Source: Octopus vulgaris
Lineage: Eukaryota
Assembly (NCBI GenBank): GCA_951406725.2
Contig: OX597817.1
Span: forward strand, 79,546,001-79,610,000
DNA length: 64,000 bases
Reading direction: 5' to 3'
Position 1 is the first letter of the stretch. Every line of letters starts with the position of its first letter. Under the pieces are notes generated by a model. The model saw only the letters and a list, made by a program, of their open reading frames with translations, was not told the DNA's origin and searched no databases. The position numbers were made by a program, and so were the translations under genes. Positions 41,416-54,964 of the stretch are shown piece by piece.

Positions 41416-41772
41416 TTAAATCGATCATTTGTTTGGTTTATAATTTTGTATGTAGAGGAATATTATTTATTACTTAGAATCTAACTATGTAAAATTGTTC
41501 AGTTACATGCATTTGGAATGAGAAAACACATTTCAAATAAAATGCGTCTGATAATACATGAGAACAAAGTGTTCAACAAAATAAACAGTGAAAGCTATAA
41601 TGCAAAATTGGAAGAAAATTTTAAATGATGCTCAATCATAAATTCAAACAAAGACAAATAAATTTAAAATTTAATAGCTGAGAACCTTACAATGGTTCTG
41701 AAAAAAGATTATGTAAGTATGAAATTTTATTGGTGTATATTTGTGTGTGTGTCTGTGTTTGTGTGTGTGTGA

Positions 41773-41803
<31 letters not shown>

Positions 41804-42158
41804 TGTGTGTGTGCACATACTTTATTTGCATGTTTGTGTGAATATATATACGTCTGTACGAACTGTACAGACAATGCAATGCAGATGTACAAATGCATTC
41901 ATGCTAACTCACACGTATATGTATGAACATACACACACTTATGCACATACTCACTCACATAAATATACATACAAATAGATAGATAGATAGATAGATAGAC
42001 AAATCTGTATATATACACACACATATATCAATACATAGATATACATATCTAGAGGCACACTCTTCCGTATGAATACATTTACATATATATGTGTGTATGA
42101 GTAAATATATAAACATATATATATATACACAAACACACACAAACACACACACACACAC

Positions 42159-42196
<38 letters not shown>

Positions 42197-42199
42197 ACA

Positions 42200-43230
42200 C
42201 AGGTGTTGGACAAAATAATGGAAACACCTTACAGTTTCAAAGAAATATATTTTAATATGGGGTAGGACCACTTTTGGCAGTAATTACAGCTTGAATTCTA
42301 TAAGGAATGGACTCGTACAGAGTTTGAATGTTTTCCAAAGGAATTTTTGTCCATTTTCCACTTCTTGTAGTCATGATGGTGGAGGATGTCAACTCTTTAC
42401 TTGCTTTTCTAAAATGTTCAATAATGAGATCTGGGGACTCCGGTCGTCAGATAAGATGTACAACTTCACTAGAATGTTCCTCGTGCCACTCACTAACAAA
42501 TTTAGCTATGTGAATTGGTGCATTATCATCCTGAAAGATTGCATTTCCCTCCGGAAACAGTTCTGCAAACACAGGATGAAATTGATCAGATAAAATGCTT
42601 AGCCTTGGCTTTTAATTCTGCCATGAAGGGAAACCACTGAGCCTGCGGATTTCCAAGATATACCCCCACCCCCAGATCAGCACAGATCCTCCTCCATATT
42701 TAGCAGTTGAAAGAAGGCAATCTAGGTCAAATGCTTCTTATGGCTGTCTCCTCACATATACTCGCCCGTGGTTGGAAAGAAGGTAAATAATGGCTCGTCC
42801 GAGAAAATAATATTCTTCCACTGTTCTCGGGACCAATTCTGTAGGTTTTTACTCCACTCTAAATGTTTTGCAACGTTTGTTTTTGAAAGTAGTGGTTTTT
42901 TATTGCAGCCCTCCCATGAAATCCGGCTTTGTGCAGCTCCTGGCAAACAGTTTTTGTGGAAAATTGGTTCTTGAGGTGGTCTTTAAGCTCTGCCGTAATT
43001 TTGGGAGCTGTACTTTTGTAATCCTTTCTAACAATTCGCGTAAACGTCTGTATCTGAAAATTTTGCTTTTCTTCAGGAATTTTGTATCAACGAGGAGGTT
43101 TTTCCCTCTTTCTCAAAGGCTGTCATTACTTTCGAGACAGTACTTCTTAATACACCACACATTTCAGCTGTTTTTGTTATGCTAGCGCCTGCCATGCGAG
43201 CACCAACAATTTGACCTCTTTGAATGTCGG
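42200..43230 (-). mobile_element. Tc1-family transposon (decayed transposase plus 3' TIR)
   Basis: QRGQIVGARMAGAS..., KKPLLSK...WKNIIFSDE, C-terminal AVITAKSGPTPY*, and TIR CAGGTGTTGGACAAAATAATGGAAACACC. Confidence 0.9.
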
Positions 43231-43738
43231 GCTTGTTGATTTTTGTTGTTGTCACTTAAAGCATGCGGAACCTATGATCCATACTTCTGAACTTTTCTCA
43301 TCGAGTGAAGATGCTTCTCTATAGCAATGTGGGAGCATTCCATTTTCTCTGGCAGTTCCCTTGTCGTCTGACGAGAATTTTTGTGCAAAATTTGGTTTAA
43401 TCGCTCTTCATGGAACTCAACTGGATGACCAGAACGAAGTGTGTCTTTGAGGTCAACATTTCCATTTTTGAACTTGGCATACCAATCACGAGCGGTTCTT
43501 TATACACAGCATAAATGTCGCGAGCAGCTTTTGCGGCCTTAGAACCATGACTAAAAGTAAAACAAGGGAGGTGTCGAAACTGCTCGTTTTCTTAATTTCA
43601 CATTCCATTTTAATGATCTGAAAATAAACAAAAATTAACTAAAATTAACTAGAAAAAAAATATAGATTCCAAAATTTAATAAAGCAATAAATTCCAAAAT
43701 TAAAAAAAAACGGTTGGAACTTAGTTGCCAACCCCATA
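43231..43738 (-). mobile_element. mariner 5' half (TIR plus N-terminal transposase, ATG at 43608)
   Basis: FRHL..SKAAKAARDI..RTARDWYAKFKNGN..RSGHPVEF..*VPHALSDNNKNQ, and TIR TATGGGGTTGGCAACTAAGTTCC next to TA. Confidence 0.9.
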
Positions 43739-44305
43739 TATATATACAAAAGAACAAAAGACGAAGACGGGTGTGTAAACGTATACATATATGCACATGC
43801 ATACACACACACGCGCGCGCACACACACATATATATATGTTTGTGTATGTGTGTGTATATATATATTTGAGCATATATTTCTGTAAAGATACATAGCCAC
43901 ATATATTTCATGTAATTTATATTCATGCAGATTTTCATTAATAGAATTGCATAAAGTAATTTCGCAAATATTACTAGGTATTCACTTATTTGAGCATAAG
44001 CACATACACATGTGCACTCACACATACATACATATGCACACGCACTCACACATACACATATGCATATGCACAAATGCATATGAACATTTAAGGACAACGA
44101 ATCTTGAACTTTGATTTTGTTAGAGGAATTACCACAGTAAGTCGATCATATTATGCACCTATTTGTTCATGGGTTTGTTTAGTGTGTGTGCGTATATATT
44201 ATATACATACATGAATATATTATATATTATATATATGTACTGATACACACACACACACATATATGTATGTACATATGTATATATGAGCACATGCATATAT
44301 ACATA

Positions 44306-44343
<38 letters not shown>

Positions 44344-44567
44344 CACACACATGTATGTATGCATGTATATACGCATGCAAGTTTAGTAAAACAAAAAGAA
44401 GTGTTGAACTTAAAACATGAGCATATACATATGACTTTTATACAAAATTAGCAGAAGTTACAGAGTGACTCAAGGGCCAAGAGTTTCATTCATTAGTAAG
44501 TGCTAATGCATGAAACTCTCAACCATTGTATTATATATATATATGAATATATATATATATATATATA

Positions 44568-44757
44568 GTTAATCCAAACATGAAGACACAAAGAGAAAAC
44601 ACAACAACGCGAGGACGTGGAACAAATATAGTATTATTGGACGCTCAGGAAGGAAGGAAAGAAGGAGAATTTAACCTTTCGAGCGTAGCTCTTCGTCCGA
44701 ATCATAGGAAAAGGAAAGATCCAAAGAAGGGAAAACGGAGGGAAAAAATCGCCAACG

Positions 44758-44760
<3 letters not shown>
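44568..44760 (-). mobile_element. Penelope-like terminal repeat fragment with degenerate minimal hammerhead
   Basis: Minus strand CGGACGA A GAGC tac GCTC GAAA (44677-44699), between (TA)n and (CA)n. Confidence 0.6.
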
Positions 44761-44822
<62 letters not shown>

Positions 44823-44901
44823 CATATTTATACATATATATGTATATATATATGTGTGTATATATATATGCGTATATACTTATCCATATATATATATACT
44901 T

Positions 44902-44968
<67 letters not shown>

Positions 44969-45179
44969 GGTGTGTGTATGTGTGTGTTTATGTGTGTGTA
45001 TATATATATGTATGTATATATACATGCACACACAGTGGAAACTTTAAGGAATTCAATCCGAAATTTTATACACGCACAAGCACACACATTTATGCATGTA
45101 AGCACACAGATTCCTAGATTTGCATGAATAACAATGAAACAAGAACAGCAAAAATAAACAGCTCTGAAAAAGACATCTG

Positions 45180-45213
<34 letters not shown>

Positions 45214-45579
45214 TGCATCATTTAAAATAACATAAACACCAAAAGATTATAAGTGAACTTAAAACACATTTTTAAAAAATTAAAATTAAGGAAAATAAGT
45301 AAAATCCAATTTCTGTTTTTGCTTGTATTTTGAAAATTTTTTTAAAAATAATTTTTAAGCAAAATTTCAGTTTTCAAAAGTTTTATTTTTAAAAACCTGT
45401 AAATATAGTATTTTCTCATTATATACCCTTGCTATGCTATTATTGATCAAAGGATAGCAAGGAAAAGTGCATTTTTAATTATTATCTAAGAAAACAAACT
45501 TGGTTTCTTTCAAAAGTTCTGATATTTTTTACTGTTCTTATTACGCACCAATATTTTTGTGTTGGTTTTGGTTAAATGT

Positions 45580-45654
<75 letters not shown>

Positions 45655-45984
45655 TGTTTATTTATTCTTTTAGTTCTACTGGGTTGTTTTGTTTTACGTT
45701 TGTTTGTTGGACTGATATCTAAGAAGGAAGGAAGTAATGGAGAAGAAGGAATGACTGTGGAGGTGGCGAGATAAGAGTTAGAAAAAGAAAGAAGAATATA
45801 TGCGTGTGTATATATATATATATATATATACACCAACATACACACAAACACACATTTACACATCCTCTGTTATATTGCTCTTACAATTAATAATCTTACC
45901 ACCACCACTACTTCTACCACCACCACAACTACTACTAATGCTGCTGCTGCTACTACTACCACTATTGCTGCTGCTACTGATAAA

Positions 45985-46590
45985 CACCTGCTTACTGATT
46001 GACATTTCAGTAGCTTCTGATCAAAATATTGTCCAAAAAGAAGCGGAGAAAATGTCAAGGTACAAAAACCTCGAAATTGAATTATTAAATAAGTGGGGCG
46101 TGAAGGTAGTAAAATTAATACAAATGATAATTGGAACATTGGGCATAATAAAAAAACATAAACTGTAGAAGCTATACCTGGATTCTCAACACTACACAGT
46201 ATCCAAAAAGTAGCCCGGCTAGGAACATCCCGCATCCTAGGCAAGACACTATCAATTCAATAATACAACCTAAACAACACAACCTACAAACACAAGACAC
46301 TCTGTACAACAATTACCCAGTGAAATAACCTTCCACCAGCAGGCTAAATAACCAACGCATAACACAATCAATGCACAATACAAGCAGCAACACAAGAAAA
46401 GATTGCACTACACCTCAAGAGAAAAATAAACTAATACAATACGATACTGGGAAGAGTTTGCACACACCCAACAACAGAAAAGAATACACAATGCTACACA
46501 TACCCCAACAATACGGTGTAGCAGGTGATGCAGTAGAAATTTGCCTCAAAATATTAAATGTCGAACAGTTATACAATAATAATAATAATC
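45985..46590 (+). mobile_element. R4/Dong-type LINE 3' end (endonuclease C-terminus plus 3' UTR)
   Basis: CLLIDISVASDQNIVQKEAEKMSRYKNLEIE...IQKVARLGTSRILGKTLSIQ*, ending in (AAT)n. Confidence 0.85.
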
Positions 46591-46875
46591 CTTTCTACTA
46601 TAGGCACAAGGCCTGAAATTTAGGGATGAGGGGATAGTCGATTACTTTGACCCCAGTACTTGACTAGTACTTTATTTTATCGACCCCCATAAAGACAAAA
46701 GAGGAATTTGTACTCAGAACAAAAAGAACTGGAGGAAATACCACAAAACATTTCCCCTTTGTCTTGATATTGCATTGATGCTACGAATCCAATGCCTGAA
46801 ATAGATTCTGATTTAGACACAAGGCAAACAACTTCAATGTACATACATACATACATACATACATACATACATACA

Positions 46876-46953
<78 letters not shown>

Positions 46954-48117
46954 CATATACATGTGTGTGTATATGTTCATGTTCTGTTCAACCTGGGGCT
47001 ATAGGAGAAGTATCTCTCTCTTGGTGCCAGACAGTGGAATTGAACCCAGAACCATATGGATGGGAAGCTAACTTCTTACCATACTCTCACTACGAATTCT
47101 AAAACAATTCAACGGCTAAGCCTAAAATCATACAACACAAATAACATTATAACCACTTCATGAAGTTCAAATCACTCTTGAAGTGACCATATTATTTAAT
47201 CCTTCCAATATTTCACTATATTTGGTTCACTCAACTATACATCCTCATCTATGAAAACGGGGCCTTTTGCTTGGTGCAAAGAAATCAATATTTGAACGAA
47301 TATCAGAGCCAAGCAGAGGTAAATATACCAGGAGAACATTCCAAATTATACAAAAATAATTGGTAATTCTATTATCAAACTTTTGAACAGAAATGAATTT
47401 TAATTCTTCTCATTGTGAGATAAGTGGATGTTAAAATTGTGGGCGTTATGATGATCTTAAGGCTGTTGATGATGATTAAAAAATGATGATAATGATGACG
47501 TTTGTGATTACTTACTATTAGCATTGGCAAATGTGATCTCTAAAATGAGTATGTCGGTGAACTGGCAGAGTTGCTAGAACTTAGAGCAAAATGCTTTGAG
47601 GTATTTGTTCCTGCGTTTGTAAGTTCAAGTCTACCGAGATCAACATTGTCATTCATGTTTTGCTTTTTTTTTTTTGGTGAATGGGGTCAATAAAATAAAG
47701 TACCTGTTCTGGCTGGTTAATTGACTGAATAATTAATAGGTCTGTGGTATATGTTCTTGTTCATTGCGTTCACATTCTGAGGTGTTATAGTGATTGAATT
47801 ATTCAGTCATTGATTTAAGACAATCTCTTGGTTGGTACTTGGTGGTCTTTAGCAGGATTCGTTCTGTGTAAGCATTCGACTTGGACTCTGGCTTAAAACA
47901 AATTCTTTTCTTTCTTCCACGTGCTTTTTAAAAATCCCGAGAATATAAGGTCATAGATTTTGCCCTTCCATTCCTGAAAGGTAATATTTATTTATTCGTT
48001 TCAGCTAAGTGGTTACGGTTGTGCTGGAGCACCACCATGAAGTAGTGAATTTTCTCATTTCATAATAGTAACATTTCTCATTTTCTTTTTACAAGATATA
48101 GATTTCGGCTTTTGTTT

Positions 48118-48420
48118 TTGCCCTTTTGAAGCCTAGCCAGGCTCATGGGCCCGGTTTCCCGGTTTCTGTGGCCTATGTGTTACCCCCAGCTGGACGGGAC
48201 GCCAGTCCATCGCAGTGTTACTCAAGAAACAGGAAGAGAGAGTGATAGAAAGTTGTGACAAAAGATTACAACAGGAGTCTCCCCCCCCCTGCCGGAGCCT
48301 CGTGGAGATTTTTGGGTGTTTTCGCTCAATAAACACACACAACGCCCGGTCTGGGAATTGAAACCGCGATCCTCCGACCGCGAGTCCGCTGCCCTAACCA
48401 CTGGGACATTGCGCCTCCAC
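48118..48420 (-). mobile_element. SINE family C, well preserved
   Basis: tRNA head and CGATGGACTGGCGTCCCGTCCAG on the minus strand; nearly identical to 54668-54964. Confidence 0.9.
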
Positions 48421-48988
48421 TAGATTTCAACTGGTTAAGAAAATATAGAAAACTTACCTTTCACATAAAACGGTGTCTCATAATTCTTTCTCCAATAGGC
48501 ACAAATCATGAAATTTCTGGGGAGATGGCAGGTTAATTACATTGATCTCAGTACTACATTTTATCGACCTCGAAAGAAGGAAAGGTGAGATTTGAATTCT
48601 GTACATAAAGAGCTGGAAAAAATGTCTCTAAATATTTTGTCTGGCCTACTAACTATTCAGCCACCTCGCCATAACAATGGTTTCATATTAAGCACAAGGC
48701 CAGTAGTTTTTGAAGGGAGAGGGAAGTTGATTACATTGACCCCAGTATCTGGGTGGTATTTATTCTATCGGCTCTGAAATGAATAAAAGTAAAGTTAACC
48801 TCGGCGGGATTCGAACTCAGGATGCAAAGACGGACGAAATAGCCTTAAGCATTTTATCCGGCATGCCAACGGTTCTGCTAGCTTGCAATCTTATGCTATT
48901 TTATGATAATGACTTCACATTTGGCACAAAGCCAGTGATTTTAGGAGAGGAGATAGTTAATTACATCGATCCTAGTGATTAACTGGTA

Positions 48989-49444
48989 CAGGTCGTCATT
49001 GACTTACAACCAATCCAACTTACGACCGATCGACTTTACGACGATTGGCACGCCAGCTCCTGGCAACCATAATAAATAGTCCACTTGAAATTTAATGGGT
49101 TTAACGTCTTAGAAATTAACCCGTCTACGGATGTGGTCTGTTAACAAATGCTTTCCTTAGGTTATCGATTGCCACTGTGGTTATCCCAAGAGTTGGACGA
49201 ATATCTTGTCGTGGAGACATCGAGGCAACATTGTATTTGTTTATAAGACGACTGCTTGAAACTCTGAAATCTTTTACTAACGCCAGTATAATAGTATAAT
49301 ACAGAATGCTGTGTGTGACTTTTACCTGAGAATGTACCTTAAGAATGTGAAAATATAATACAAAGCTATGTATATATAGGCCTACAGGCCGACTTACGAC
49401 CAGTCAGTCGGAACCAATTGTGGTCATAAGTCGACGACGACCTG
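48989..49444. mobile_element. pogo/Tigger-like MITE inserted in a SINE family A copy
   Basis: TIRs CAGGTCGTCATTGACTTACAACCA and TGGTCATAAGTCGACGACGACCTG, subterminal ACTTACGACC repeats. It splits the SINE motif ACTGGTA|CTTTATT at TA. Confidence 0.85.
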
Positions 49445-50271
49445 AACTTTATTTTATCAACTACGAGAGGATGAAAGGTAAAGTTAAAACGGTAGTATTT
49501 CAACTCAAAACATAAAGAATCGGAAGAAATGACGCCAAGCATTTTCTCTCTTGTAGTAACAATTCTGCCAGCAAACCACTTTAAATGATGTCTTATAATA
49601 ATTCTTCCTACTACAGGCAAAAGACCAACAATATCAGGGGAGGTAATAGTTGATTTCATTGACCTATCCCCACCCCAGTGAAAACCTGGAACTTATTTTA
49701 TCGGTGTTGGATGGGTGACAGTAAAAATGAAATGCGGTGTCTTGACATCGCATGAGGGTTATAAGCGAATGTCAGCGTAATACCAGCAGTGGCATTCATT
49801 TCCAATAATCAGCAAAATGTAATATATTTATTCTGTTTATGAGTAAATATATTACACTACATGGAAACAGCTGAGGGTTCGTATCCGGAAGAGAGTCAAA
49901 CTGTAGTAAATTTGCCTCAATAAACTCCGATAAACTCCGGCAAACATGGTAAAGAGCATATTAAAAAGATGATCATCATTCACGCACACATAAGTATGTA
50001 TGTATGTATGTATGTATGTATGTATGTATGTATATACATATATAAATATATATATGTATATATATATATATATATATATCTATATATAAACATATATATA
50101 TGCATGCGTGTATGTATATCTATACATATATGTATATATGTGCCAATATATATTTATATTCACATATACATAGATATGCATATACATACATATATATGTA
50201 CATATGTGTGTATATATATATATATGTATGTGTGTATATATATATATTTATGTATGTATGTATAAATATAT

Positions 50272-50969
50272 ATCAAACTGTGCAACATGTCCAAACCTGC
50301 TAGAAGGATCAGAATTCCTCTTCAAAGAGGGACAGAAATTCAAGATCAAATCTAACTTTACTTGTGCCTCTGAAAACATAATTTATGTCATAAAATGCTC
50401 GGGCTGCCACCAAGACTACGTGGGATCCACGGGACTATCACTCAGACGTAGATGCACACTGCATCGAGAACAGATTGCATTCCCAGAATACAGAATTATA
50501 CCTTTTAGTGAGCACATTGAGAAATGCGCAAAGCAACTACTACCACAATTTTTAATCTTTCCATTTTACTAATGTGCTATCGGATCATCAACACAAATTA
50601 GACTAAACAAGGAAACATTCTTCATTGAAAAGTACAAGCCCAGACTTAACCATTCCAACATACTGATACAGAGAAATTCACACCAAGGGAAAGGCAAAAA
50701 ATTTTAAGCGATTATCTCCCTTACACCGGAAGAAATCACTCATTACCTCCCCTTATTTAGAACTCTTTTAAACATAAACATAACGATAACTCTGTTCAAC
50801 ATAAACATAACGATGTAAGAAATTTGAAAAGCTAAACGCGAAACCGGTCTTTCTTCTAAATTATGTCATTGTAAGAAAAAAATTTTTAATATTCTTCAGA
50901 CATATTGACTCAAATATATATTTCTTAACCTTTAAGCCTTCTGTAGTGTTTTCACTTTTTACTATTTTC

Positions 50970-50970
<1 letters not shown>
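50272..50970 (+). mobile_element. 5'-truncated Penelope-like element (Cys-linker plus GIY-YIG; Neptune/Naiad-like) in (TA)n
   Basis: CATC...FTCASENIIYVIKCSGC..YVGST...H...RLNKETFFIEKYKPRLN with one stop codon. The 3' region has CGAAACCGGTC, a hammerhead 3' half. Confidence 0.9.
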
Positions 50971-51003
<33 letters not shown>

Positions 51004-51009
51004 CATAAA

Positions 51010-51093
51010 TACAGAATGGCCGAGCAGTCTAAGGCTCGAGACTCGAGTTCTGGTCCATTAATGTGGGCGAGGGTTAGTATCCCACTTCTGACA
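51010..51093 (+). pseudogene. tRNA-Leu(CAA)-type pseudogene; anticodon reads CGA
   Basis: 84 nt colinear with metazoan tRNA-Leu GTCAGRATGGCCGAG.GGTCTAAGGC..AGACTCAAGTTCTGGTC..GGGTTCGAATCCCACTTCTGACA. The T-loop (GTTAGTATC) and first two acceptor pairs are broken. Confidence 0.85.
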
Positions 51094-51293
51094 GTTAATT
51101 TTCACTGGTGATGCCCCAGCATGACCGCGGTGTTAGGGTTGAAGCATACAAAAGAATAAAAGAATACATACATACTTAACAAAAAAATTACTGGGGTGGA
51201 TTCATTTCGGTTAAAAATTCTTGAAGGCATTGCCTCAACATGACAGCAATCTAATGACTGAAACAAGTACGATAAAATACATGTGTGTATGTA

Positions 51294-51324
<31 letters not shown>

Positions 51325-51725
51325 TTGTGTGTCTGTATGTGTGTATATATATATATACATATGTATATGTATAGTATTTAATTTAGTTTTAACTTTCTTC
51401 TGCCCTCTCTCCTCAGCTGTAGCAAGCTAGTAATTGGAATATCGAAAAGTGCTTCGACTTTGTTTCTTTTTAATATGTAGTAATATTTTTGAAATTTGCA
51501 AACTGTGCTGTTGATTGTATGACAATTACAACAACTAAAAACTCCTATGAATAAATAATATTTTCACCTGAATAAATAATATTTTCGGAAAGTATTATTA
51601 AAATTTACTAGCTTAGGCTATTTATTGATCCTGGTAACAATTCATAAAACTAATAACTACATATTATATTTACTTTACGTATTTGAGTTTGTATTCATAT
51701 ATGCATGCGTGTGTGTGTGTATATG

Positions 51726-51820
<95 letters not shown>

Positions 51821-51824
51821 CAAG

Positions 51825-51900
51825 GTGCAGCAGAACACTATATTGTAAATGACACAACCGCCCGAACTGATCGTGTAAATGATTATCAATTGAAATGTTG
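51825..51900 (+). CDS. weak candidate exon AAEHYIVNDTTARTDRVNDYQLKC
   Basis: Acceptor (tg)n tttcaag|, donor TTG|gtaatt, phase 1 to phase 2, compatible with the 57285 candidate. Confidence 0.2.
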
Positions 51901-52169
51901 GTAATTTATAACCTGTCACCAGATTTGTACCGCAATGTGTCTGTAGCCCCAACTAAACTAACTCTCAACAGCCTAGTCCACCTTGCTGTAAAACATAAAC
52001 AAATAGCTTAAAAAATAATATTCCTCCGCATGACTATGGGCAACAGATGCACTTTTAAAATTAATGATTGTTTTGATAGCTTGCAATAAGAAGATTAACT
52101 TCTCTCATGATTACAGCTTGGAGAGGAATCGTTTCTACCTGCCCACCATACACTGTATAAATGCAGTTT

Positions 52170-52550
52170 CTTCTTCTTTCACCCTTTAATTGTGTCAGTC
52201 ATTGGACTGCGGCCATGCTGGGACACAGCCTTGAAGAAATTTTAGTCGAAAGAATCGAACCCAGTATTTACATTTTGTTAAGCCTGCTACTTATTCTATC
52301 AGTCTCTTTTGCCAAACAACTAAGTTATGGGGACGAAAACACACTAACACCGGTTATCAAGCGTTACTGGTGGATTACCCCCCCCCCACATACACAACGC
52401 ATATATATATACATATATATATATATATACGACGGGCTTCTTGGCCAGCTTGAGGCTATAGTAGAAGACACTTCCCGAAGGTGCAATACAGTGAGACTGA
52501 ACTCAACCATGCGGTTTGGAAGCAAGCTTCTTCCCACACGGCCACGTCTG
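52170..52550 (-). mobile_element. SINE family B
   Basis: Family B motifs on the minus strand. Confidence 0.8.
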
Positions 52551-52769
52551 TTTCCTGATTTTTCTTCCATAAATTATCCAAATAAAGAAGGATTGTAGCA
52601 ATGATCTTTATGAGCCATTTTCGGATGAGGAAATTGCTGTAGTTGTTGATTACTTTGAAGGCGATGTGCACAGAACAACAAGGGAAGAATTTCCAGAAGT
52701 TTTGTTCTAGGGAAAGTGCTTTTACACATTTATCCTTGAGACAAGAAGAGATAGACAGAAATATAAATT

Positions 52770-52935
52770 TAAGGCGGCGAGCTGGCAGAAACGTTAGCAC
52801 GCCGGGCGAAATGCTTAGCGGCATTTCGGCTGCCGTTACATTCTGAGGTCAAATTCCGCCGAGGTTGAGTACCGTTTGTCTGTCCTTGTTTGTCCCCTCT
52901 ATCTTTAGCCCCTGGTGGGCAATAAAGAAATAAGA
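52770..52935 (+). mobile_element. SINE family A, internally deleted
   Basis: AAGGCGGCGAGCTGGCAGAAACGTTAGCACGCCGGG head and 3' GGGCAATAAAGAAATA. Confidence 0.85.
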
Positions 52936-53523
52936 AATATAAGGTTGTATCCGTATATGAGCAGGTCTTATATATATATATCTTTTAGACAGTACAGTAA
53001 TGTAGTCTATCATCAGTCAAGTATCTTGGCAATCTGGCATTCCGTCAGTTACGACGGCCAGTGTTCTAGTAGATCTAATCAACAGAACAGCCTGCGTGTG
53101 CTATTAAAGTGCAAGTGGCTGAGAAATCCACAAGCACACTCACCATTAATGTAGTTCTCAAAGAGATCCGGCGTGTCACAGAATGCGACAGGGCTGGCCT
53201 TATGAATTGCGAGTACAACTCATTTTTGCCAGCTCAGTGGACTGAAGCGAAATGAAATAAAGTTTCTTGTCCAAGGACACAACGCACCGCCAAAAATCAA
53301 ACTCACTACTTTACGATTGCGAGCCGAATACCGTAACCATTAAGCCATTCATCTGCCAATATTTAAGTTTAGGGTGCATTCATATAGCATTCAGTGTGAT
53401 TCATGGTGAAAAACAATAATAGTGATGGAGTGCCCGAGGTTTCTGCAAAACGGTAAAAGAAGAATCATATCTTGATCCTACACATGAGGACTGGTTTCCT
53501 AAATATTCCTAATGCTGAAGAAT

Positions 53524-53875
53524 TGGAGGCGCGTAGCTTGGTGGTTAGAGTGTTGGACTCATGATCGTAATATTGTGGTTTCGATTCCTGGACCGGGTGT
53601 TGCGTTGTGTTCTTCTTCTTGCTCTTGGTTGAGCTGGCTTCATTCATCCTCAATGCTGCATCTCTCACAAACGCCGACTAGACCTGGCGATTTGAGGCTA
53701 ACGACCGCGTGATCTCCAACCACTCCCTATTCCAGCGGCGAATATAGATTGTGTTCTTGAGCAAAACTCTTTATTTCACGATTGTCCGGCATCCCGTTCA
53801 GGTGGGGAAAATATACGCCATGAAACCGGGAAACCGGCCGTTATGAGTCAGCATGACTCGTGAAGATGACCTTTA
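53524..53875 (+). mobile_element. SINE family C carrying a nested LINE 3' end
   Basis: tRNA head; the SINE resumes at GAGCAAAAC after the insert. Confidence 0.8.
53615..53748 (-). mobile_element. short 5'-truncated RTE-like LINE insertion with 10-bp TSD
   Basis: TSD TTGTGTTCTT at 53605-53614 and 53749-53758. Minus strand W...LASNRQV*SAFVRDA with an (AAG)n tail. Confidence 0.75.
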
Positions 53876-54667
53876 CTAATATTAAATAATGTAACTATCC
53901 TAAGGCTTCATCAAATTATATTTCACCCGAACTTTCTTTTATGCAGTTTCAGCGCAATGAAGAGATGGGAATCTATATTAAATGTCAAAATTCACTTGTA
54001 TTCACAATACAAAAAATTATATTTCATGTATTTTATCAACATTTTTGTCAGTGATTTCTAGTTGTCTGAGATTCTATATAGATCGCCTATCTTTTTTCCA
54101 ATATATATACAAATATGATGTGTTATTGTGGTGAGATTTCGTTCTGGTGTAAATAGAAAATCGTGTCTATTACTTACATGGTCACACAAGTAATACATGC
54201 TTGTGTTCTGTCGGTCTTTTGCTGTTGTAGTTGCTTAGCCTCAGATCAAACCTGCTTGAGTAAACATATGATCAATAAATTCCATCAATCGCAATTCTGT
54301 TTGTTAAGCGTAATGTCTACAAATACATTATTCAATATGTCCTTTATTTATGATGGTAGGGTTTATTCTGAGGAAGAATTGGCTGCTGTTTCAACATAAA
54401 CGAGTGACCAAGTAGAGGCGTCCATGTTGGCTTATATTCTGTTTGTTTTGCTAGACTTCAGTAAAAGATTTCGAAATAAAGCTCTTGAAATTTCACACAA
54501 ATGAATATGTAAGATATCATACCAGTCATCTCTGTGCAACAAAACAGCCGGAAAAATGCTTTAAGTCATAATGTAACGAAGAAAGTTAACGTGAATATAT
54601 ATTGCCAAACCTTCTACACTTTCGTGCAATGATATCCGTGTCTGTGCGTTCATAAAATGATAAACGT

Positions 54668-54964
54668 CGCCCTTTTCAAGCCTAGCCAGGTTCATGGGCC
54701 CGGTTTCCCGGTTTCTGTGGCGTATGTGTTCCCCCAGCTGGACGGGACGCCAGTCCATCGCAGCGTTACTCAAGAAACAGGAAGAGAGAGTGAGAGAAAG
54801 TTGTGGCGAAAGAGTACAACATATACAACATGGGTCGCCACTACCCCCTGCCGGAGCCTCGTGGAACTTTTAGGTGTTTTCGCTCAATAAATACACACAG
54901 CGCCCGGCCTGGGAATCGAAACCGCGAGTCCGCTACCCTAACCACTGGGCCATTGCGCCTCCAC
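54668..54964 (-). mobile_element. SINE family C, well preserved
   Basis: Nearly identical to 48118-48420. Confidence 0.9.
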
